A DNA stretch of 31,722 nucleotides from Candidatus Heimdallarchaeota archaeon (GTDB lineage Archaea > Asgardarchaeota > Heimdallarchaeia > Hodarchaeales > Hodarchaeaceae), in assembly GCA_048881705.1 (NCBI GenBank), contig JBHLSH010000045.1:1-31722 (forward strand), written 5' to 3'. A program made the translations under genes and the position numbers. The notes beneath the pieces are model-generated. The model had not been told where the DNA came from, ran no database searches, and saw only the letters and a program-made list of their open reading frames with translations. Below are positions 25,640-31,722 of this stretch, piece by piece; position 1 is the stretch's first letter; every line of letters starts with the position of its first letter.

Positions 25640-26761
25640 ATTCGTCTCCTTGAATATGAGAGTAAAGAGATTTTCAGTGAGTATGGTCTTCCACTAGCCA
25701 AGAGGATAGTTCTTGCCAAAAAAGAAGAGTTAAGTTCAAAGATCAAACAGTTTTCCTTCCCAGCGATTGTAAAATCACAGATTGCGGTTGGGAGTAGGAA
25801 AAAAAGAGGCCTGATAAAAATCGCCAATACCAGCGAAGAGGCTATACAAATGTGTGAGGAATTCTTTCAGAAGAAAGTGGGTGATTATGGGGTAGAGGCT
25901 ATCTTGATCGAAGCACTCGCTGATATTCAGCATGAATATTATTGCTCAATAGCTCTAGACTCTTCAGGAAGGCAATTTGTTCTTATAGCTAGTGCAGAGG
26001 GAGGGATTGACATTGAAGAAGTCGCGGCGACTCGTCCTGACGCCATAATCAAAGAATCCATTTCCTTACGTGAGGGACTCAGGAGAGATGTTGCACAGGA
26101 TGTCGCGAAGAGACTGGGTTTCGAAGATAATGTTTTAGCTGAAGCTACTGACATGTTCCTAAAGCTATGGCTAATAGCAACGGAAAAAGAGGCTCAGTTA
26201 GTTGAGATCAACCCCCTTGTTCTTACACCAGAAGGAATACTCGCTGTTGACGGGAAAATGACATTAGATGACAATGCGGTATTCCGACAACCTGTCGTCC
26301 AACATTTCCAAGAAAAAAAATTATCAGAGCTTGAGAAGGTAGCCAAAAAAGTAGGTTTTTCATTTGTAGAACTTAACGGAGATATCGGTATTTTGGCAAA
26401 TGGCGCAGGCCTTACTATGGCATTACTTGATGTTTTGGCTCAACATGGATTGAATGGTATGAATTTTCTTGACGTCGGTGGGGGAGCTAGTAAGGAAAGA
26501 GTTTATGAGGCTCTAAAACTAATTTTCACGATGGGACCTCGGGCGGTTCTAATAAACATCTACGGAGGAATCACTCGGTGTGACGTTGTTGCAGAGGCTA
26601 TTCTCGCGACGTTGGGTGAGTTCCCTGACGCACCGCCAATGGTGATCAGATTAACTGGCACTAGAGAAAAAGAAGGAGTCAGTATCCTAAAGAATGCTGG
26701 AATTGATGCATATCAAAACATGATGACTGCAGTTGAAAAACTAAAGCAGATCATTAGATGA
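25640..26761 (+). CDS. sucC: Succinyl-CoA ligase (NDP-forming) beta subunit; the real start is near 25631-25640, not 25418
   Basis: Homology begins at (I)RLLEYESKEIF. Also SAEGGIDIE, EINPL, DGKMTLDDNA, NGAGL, NFLDVGGG and NIYGGITRCD. Confidence 0.92.
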   Translation: MRLLEYESKEIFSEYGLPLAKRIVLAKKEELSSKIKQFSFPAIVKSQIAVGSRKKRGLIKIANTSEEAIQMCEEFFQKKVGDYGVEAILIEALADIQHEYYCSIALDSSGRQFVLIASAEGGIDIEEVAATRPDAIIKESISLREGLRRDVAQDVAKRLGFEDNVLAEATDMFLKLWLIATEKEAQLVEINPLVLTPEGILAVDGKMTLDDNAVFRQPVVQHFQEKKLSELEKVAKKVGFSFVELNGDIGILANGAGLTMALLDVLAQHGLNGMNFLDVGGGASKERVYEALKLIFTMGPRAVLINIYGGITRCDVVAEAILATLGEFPDAPPMVIRLTGTREKEGVSILKNAGIDAYQNMMTAVEKLKQIIR

Positions 26762-26777
26762 GAGAGGATGTGAAACC

Positions 26778-27647
26778 ATGTATATCAGCGAACAGAGTAG
26801 AGTAGTAGTTCAGGGAATAACAGGAAACCAAGGAAGATTTCATACCCAATTAATGTTGGACTATGGTACCAATATAGTGGCTGGAGTGACACCTAAAAAA
26901 GGAGGAGAAGAAGTTCTTGGGGTACCTGTTTTTAACACAGTTCAAGAGGCTGTAAGTGAAAAATCAGCTGATACGAGTATAATTTTCGTACCGGCTCGAT
27001 TCACATACGGAGCGGTGATGGAAAGCCTGGAAGCAGGAATTACAATGACCTGCATCATTACTGAGCACGTTCCAGTCTTCGATATGGTACGTCTCGTAGA
27101 GTTCTCGCGAACTCGCGGGCTTCATCTCATCGGGCCCAATACTCCAGGAATGTTGGTTCCTGACAAGATCAAGCTTGGAATTATGCCCAGTGACATGTGC
27201 CACTTTGGTCGAGTTGCAGTAATTGCCAAGAGTGGAACGCTCTCGTATGAAATAACGAAGGCCCTAGGAAATGCAGACATTGGTGTTTCCGCTTATATTG
27301 GAATTGGTGGAGATCCAGTCCGCGGTAAAACCCTCGTTGAAGCATTTGACTATTACGTAAGAGATCAAAGCACAGACATTATCGTTTTGATTGGAGAAAT
27401 TGGTGGAGACGAAGAGGAAAAGGTCGCAGAATACATTAAGGACGAAAAGAACGCGGTAGAAAAACCCATAGTTGCTTATATAGCAGGCAAGAGTGCCCCT
27501 GAAGGTAAGCGAATGGGCCATGCAGGTGCGATAATCTCGGGAAACGTTGGAACCGCTCAAGGAAAAATCGAAGCGCTAAATAAAGTAGGTGCAGCCGTGG
27601 TCGATACTCCCTGGGATATCCCCGCAACCGTAAAGGATTTCCTTTAG
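26778..27647 (+). CDS. sucD: Succinyl-CoA ligase alpha subunit
   Basis: VVVQGITG, GVTPKKGG, IGPNTPG, SGTLSYE, GIGGD, EIGG and phospho-His motif RMGHAGA. Confidence 0.96.
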   Translation: MYISEQSRVVVQGITGNQGRFHTQLMLDYGTNIVAGVTPKKGGEEVLGVPVFNTVQEAVSEKSADTSIIFVPARFTYGAVMESLEAGITMTCIITEHVPVFDMVRLVEFSRTRGLHLIGPNTPGMLVPDKIKLGIMPSDMCHFGRVAVIAKSGTLSYEITKALGNADIGVSAYIGIGGDPVRGKTLVEAFDYYVRDQSTDIIVLIGEIGGDEEEKVAEYIKDEKNAVEKPIVAYIAGKSAPEGKRMGHAGAIISGNVGTAQGKIEALNKVGAAVVDTPWDIPATVKDFL

Positions 27648-27924
27648 GTGACTTTAGATTCCCTTTCATTGATGTGTATAAACGTACGGCCTTCGGGGCC
27701 GCAATCTCTTCCTATGGATCAGCAGAAGGTCTGTAGAGAACAGGTCTATGATGAAATTCCGGAAACTCTTGCTCAATGGGGTGAGCTGCCTATCCTGCAG
27801 TTCGCGCTAGTGCAAAGATCGGAGTGAAATTAAGAAAACATTCGGATCAGCAATTTCGATACCCCAGAGGCCAATATCCTTGTGATCGTGCCCTTTTTTC
27901 ATTTTAGGACAGTAAATTATGACA

Positions 27925-28335
27925 TCAGAAAGAATTTTGTAAAGACTCGACAAGTTCTTTTGCTGCGGCTGGATCTAGTTCTCTTCGTGGAGCAGAAAAT
28001 CGAATATCGTCATTTGTCCACCTCGGGATTAAGTGAAAATGCGTGTGAAATACCTCCTGCATTGCAGCAGGTTCATTCGTCTGTAGTAGATTGATACCAT
28101 CACAATTGGTTACCATTTTCAATGCTTTTACACCCCGAGTTATGACTTTCCCAACAGCAGCCATATCTTCATCATGAATATCCAATAGATTGCGAGAATG
28201 TTCCTTAGGAACAACCAGTATATGACCTCTTGCAGTTGGGTTTATATCTAAGAATGCTAGCGTCTTGTCATCTTCGTAAACTTTGTATGCAGGTATGTTT
28301 CCTGAAATAATTTCGCAAAAAATACAATCTGACAT
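27925..28335 (-). CDS. HIT-family (HINT-like) nucleotide hydrolase
   Basis: DCIFCEII, FLDINP..GHILVVPK, histidine triad HTHFHLIP. Confidence 0.95.
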   Translation of the reverse strand: MSDCIFCEIISGNIPAYKVYEDDKTLAFLDINPTARGHILVVPKEHSRNLLDIHDEDMAAVGKVITRGVKALKMVTNCDGINLLQTNEPAAMQEVFHTHFHLIPRWTNDDIRFSAPRRELDPAAAKELVESLQNSF

Positions 28336-28550
28336 CTTCTCATCTCTTACTAGTCGTTTTAGATACTTTACGGAAGTTTTTTCGACGGAATCGATATGAT
28401 AAACGTTGATAGTAATAATGTTAATAGTCAGGATATTTAATTTTTCTAGTATATTTTGCCAAAACGATTCGTGAATCAGAATAAACAGGAACCTCTAAAC
28501 TCATTGATTTCTTTTTTACCTTAATGTAATTGGTTTTAGGAGATAAAATA

Positions 28551-30365
28551 TCAACGTACAAATTCTTTTGCCAATCTAAAAGATAATTTTTTGAAATACA
28601 CATATGCTACAATGATAATACTAGAAAATCCTATGGTTAATCCAATATATGGATCAAAAGTAGGTAGGAGAGGCTCTGTTATCAAAAACGTATACGCACT
28701 GGCTAACCCAAAGATAACTGAAATTGGAACTGTTTTAAGATTCCATATGTTTACCCAACAGATAACTCTAAAAAGAATGGGGGGCCCCCCACCCAAAGTA
28801 TATAACGTTCGTAAGTCTGTTACTAGAATGGATCGTGCAATGAGACTTGAATAGGCCACAATAGCCAATGTCGTTGAAATCAAAAGAGGGAGCGAAGTAC
28901 CAAAAGAAGATGCCCAGAATGGGTCACCCATTTCGATATATCGATTTTTGTAATCATCAAGAGAAAAGTAACCGATAGTCGGATCTTCATCAATTACTTC
29001 CATTATCTGACTAGAGGGATTTTGGATAAAAGCTACATTCCATGAATCCATTGATAACTCACGTAGGACTACTAATTCTTTAATATCCATATAAATACAA
29101 TCTCCGCGCGCAAAGGGATCAACTAAAACTCTTCTTATCTCAAAACGCTTTAATTCCGTTACATTTATGGGAATCACAGACTCAGCAGTGGGCTCTTTTC
29201 CATCAAATAAGCCATCACCAACATACACTAGGCTTTTGGTCGTAATTGGTTCATCTTTTATGCTGAAATAGTTAAACAGTGAGAAGTTTTGGCTATCAAT
29301 TCCCCAAAAAAAGGATTTTCCAGATACGATTCCTGATGCTGGATACGATCCGTTTTCGGATAGTTCAAGTGGGAGCAAGATATCAACTTCCCCGCCAAGT
29401 AATAACCGAGTTTCATATGTACCGGAATCTGGGAGGATTTGAAGAAACGATGGTGGCAGTAAATAATCCTTCGAAAGTAAAACTGATTGAAATGGCTTCG
29501 TTTGGGTTGATGGATCATAGAGATCCTCTACCAAAGACGAAATCTCAATGGGGGTTACAACAATAACCTGATCTCCATACCCTCTAGATGCAAAGCTGTT
29601 TGTGGAGACATGAATAATATTCCCCCCAAAAACGGCAAAACTGATCAAAAACACCAATAGAAAGGTTCCAATCAACATTAATGATGAAAGGACTCTAAAT
29701 CGTTTAGAAACAAGGTATCCAACCCAAAATGCAACCTGTTTTGTTATGGAATAGCCCCAAATGGTATGGGAACTTTTTAAGTCTAAAGAATATTGGCCTT
29801 CGATGATTTCTCGAAAGTTTTGTCGAATAATATAATTGATAATCAATCCTGCAACAAAATAAACTCCCAATAGTTGGAGAACAACATATATAGTCTCAGG
29901 TACGGGAATTAAGAGTTCCATAACGCTAATGAGCGGGATTCCCAGCAAAAACTGGAACAAAAATTGAATTAGTATATTGATTATCCATCCCAAAATTCCA
30001 GAAACAAGAGTTAGTAGAAGCATTTGCGCCAAAGGAACCCGTTGGATATCCTTGAAGGATCCGCCCATTGCAAGAAGAACAGCTAGATCCTTCATCCTTC
30101 CGATAGTCAATATTGAGCTCAACAGCGTGGCTACTAAGATCCCAGTGATCAATGCCGTCATACTAAGGAATGATAAGAAATTATATAAGATTGAGATAAT
30201 TGAAGGGTTTAAACCCGTGTAAGAAGAGACCTGTCCCCCGAGAAATTGAGATAAACGGTTGAATAACATCCCAGAGGCTGTTATAAGCGATTGAATTCCA
30301 ATAAAAATATTCGTGCGAGATCGTGTCCTTCTGATGTCTACCCAAGCTAGCTGGAGCGACCCCAT
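28551..30365 (-). CDS. FtsX/MacB-like ABC transporter permease
   Basis: N-terminal LAWVDIRRTRSRT, FtsX motif RMKDLAVLLAMGGS, a large extracytoplasmic loop and a second FtsX repeat (DLRTLYTLGG). Confidence 0.85.
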   Translation of the reverse strand: MGSLQLAWVDIRRTRSRTNIFIGIQSLITASGMLFNRLSQFLGGQVSSYTGLNPSIISILYNFLSFLSMTALITGILVATLLSSILTIGRMKDLAVLLAMGGSFKDIQRVPLAQMLLLTLVSGILGWIINILIQFLFQFLLGIPLISVMELLIPVPETIYVVLQLLGVYFVAGLIINYIIRQNFREIIEGQYSLDLKSSHTIWGYSITKQVAFWVGYLVSKRFRVLSSLMLIGTFLLVFLISFAVFGGNIIHVSTNSFASRGYGDQVIVVTPIEISSLVEDLYDPSTQTKPFQSVLLSKDYLLPPSFLQILPDSGTYETRLLLGGEVDILLPLELSENGSYPASGIVSGKSFFWGIDSQNFSLFNYFSIKDEPITTKSLVYVGDGLFDGKEPTAESVIPINVTELKRFEIRRVLVDPFARGDCIYMDIKELVVLRELSMDSWNVAFIQNPSSQIMEVIDEDPTIGYFSLDDYKNRYIEMGDPFWASSFGTSLPLLISTTLAIVAYSSLIARSILVTDLRTLYTLGGGPPILFRVICWVNIWNLKTVPISVIFGLASAYTFLITEPLLPTFDPYIGLTIGFSSIIIVAYVYFKKLSFRLAKEFVR

Positions 30366-30369
30366 AAGA

Positions 30370-31071
30370 TCACATGCTTAATTGATTTAATCTTCCCTCT
30401 TCCGGAATATAAATCGAATCTGCGAGTTTAAACAGATCCCTATTATGTGTAACGCATACAATTGTTCTTGTACCCTTCAAATGCGACAATTTAGAGTGAA
30501 TTATCTCTGAGGTGGCAGAATCTTGATTTGAAGTAGGTTCATCCACCAATAAAAGCTCAGGATCCATGAGAAGGCCTCTTATGAATACAACACGCTGATA
30601 TTCCCCTCCTGATATAAGAATCGGGAGGGAGTGTTCACGTCCAGCCAATTGGAACTCCTCTATCAGTTCCAGGGCCTTATCTTGGAATTCTTCCTGGTTT
30701 GCACCAGCCAGATGAACGGGAAGCATAATATTCTCAAGGACTGTCAGCGAGTCTATCAAATGGCCAGTCTGAAATACAAAACCGATGTAAGTAGCGCGAA
30801 AAAGCGCTAAATCCTCTTCAGACATATCTGATAAGTGATGATTTAACACCAGAACATCCCCGCCGTCCACGGTTGCTAATCCACCAATAATGGACAATAA
30901 TGTAGTTTTACCAGAGCCTGATGGTCCCGAGAGAATAACAAAATCGTTGGTACCACATGTAAAATTCAAATCATTGAAGATTGGGATTTTAATTGAAGCT
31001 CCCAATTTGAATACTTTAATTACGTTTGTTAGGGAGATTGCAGGTTCAGACAAGGACGTATCATACCCCAC
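30370..31071 (-). CDS. ABC ATP-binding protein, LolD/FtsE/MacB-like
   Basis: Walker A GPSGSGKTT, Q-loop GFVFQ, signature ISGGEYQRV, Walker B LLVDEPT, H-loop VTHN. Confidence 0.95.
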   Translation of the reverse strand: MGYDTSLSEPAISLTNVIKVFKLGASIKIPIFNDLNFTCGTNDFVILSGPSGSGKTTLLSIIGGLATVDGGDVLVLNHHLSDMSEEDLALFRATYIGFVFQTGHLIDSLTVLENIMLPVHLAGANQEEFQDKALELIEEFQLAGREHSLPILISGGEYQRVVFIRGLLMDPELLLVDEPTSNQDSATSEIIHSKLSHLKGTRTIVCVTHNRDLFKLADSIYIPEEGRLNQLSM

Positions 31072-31326
31072 ACTGCTTTAGTTTAAGATTTCATGGATTG
31101 TCAAATATTTACCGCTAGTTTCAAGGGTGCTTTCAAGAAAACAGATATAAAAAATCTCCTTTACGTGATATGGCAATGACCAATTCAAAATCAGATGATA
31201 GTTCGAATGCTTTTTCCGAGCCCTCATAAGGGAAATAGGGTGATTGCAGCTCAGTAAGATACCATGAAGAGAGTCGATTTTGAGTAATTAGTGATTTTCT
31301 CACAATCTTAGCTCTCTAATTCTGGT

Positions 31327-31722
31327 TTAGGACATTGTTAGCTCTGCAAACACGGCTCTATGGTCTGAATCTCTAGGCCTCCCAGATACATCACATTGTA
31401 AAACATTCCAAGAACCCTTAAGCCAGATATAATCGATTCTATTATCTAAGGTTCCATCATCATTGTACGAAGTCCTTCCAGTATCGATAAGCGGATCATT
31501 TCCTGCCAGAACCCACGCATCAGAGAAAGAATTATTCAATAAGAGATAGGTCGGATCTGTTCCATTTGGAGGCGTGTTAAAATCTCCCATGAGAATAGCT
31601 CTTTGGTCAGAAATGGTTTGCGCAAAAATAGCCTGTGCCTGTAAAAAGCGGTCATCTGCGAAACCACTTGTTTGAAAATGCGTAACGATTATTGGAACTT
31701 GACCCGCAAGACTGCCTGTCTC
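31327..31722 (-). CDS. Endonuclease/exonuclease/phosphatase (EEP) domain protein, 5' truncated by the window edge
   Basis: The frame is open to the window end (ETGSLAGQVPIIVTHFQ...RAILMGDFN), with motifs GDFN, RIDYIW and SDHRAV. Confidence 0.9.
   Translation of the reverse strand, partial: ETGSLAGQVPIIVTHFQTSGFADDRFLQAQAIFAQTISDQRAILMGDFNTPPNGTDPTYLLLNNSFSDAWVLAGNDPLIDTGRTSYNDDGTLDNRIDYIWLKGSWNVLQCDVSGRPRDSDHRAVFAELTMS

Noticed and set aside
27748-27830. C/D-box sRNA starting at ATGATGA (27748-27754)
   Set aside because: No CTGA D or D' box follows within the expected distance.
1-31722. CRISPR arrays, tRNA/rRNA genes, transposases, integrases, pseudogenes or recoded stops
   Set aside because: No regularly spaced repeats, cloverleafs, recombinase motifs, frameshifts or split genes were seen; all recognisable genes appear full length except the two cut by the window edges.

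Overview
Archaeal-type chromosomal region with about 27 protein-coding genes. No rRNA, tRNA, CRISPR array or mobile element was recognisable. TATA-box promoters, GGTGA/GAGGTG ribosome-binding sites, T-tract termination and the gene repertoire point to an archaeon; an Asgard (Heimdallarchaeia/Hodarchaeales-like) origin is an inference, not proven. Contents in order: truncated DUF389/TIGR00341 membrane protein; Lrp/AsnC regulator; three unannotatable genes carrying membrane-binding modules (a 599-aa protein with two longin/roadblock-like domains and a MinD-type amphipathic helix, a C2-like protein, and a 3-TM protein); TldD-TldE pair 1; two tandem HisKA_7TM/PAS histidine kinases without a response regulator; a YhhN lysoplasmalogenase-like gene, a P-type ATPase and an alpha/beta lipase; sodX-sodN (nickel SOD) with a DtxR-family regulator; an LbH acyltransferase; TldD-TldE pair 2; an ACT protein; YciI; fumC; sucCD; a HIT protein; an FtsX/LolD-type ABC pair; and a truncated EEP phosphoesterase. 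The most striking signal is the P2-scaffold P-type ATPase. Its M4 motif reads PINIP instead of PEGLP and its M6 cation ligands are gone, yet the catalytic motifs are intact. It lies between two predicted lipid hydrolases, making it a candidate lipid-scavenging or flippase-like system. All family calls come from motif recognition by eye; no searches were run.
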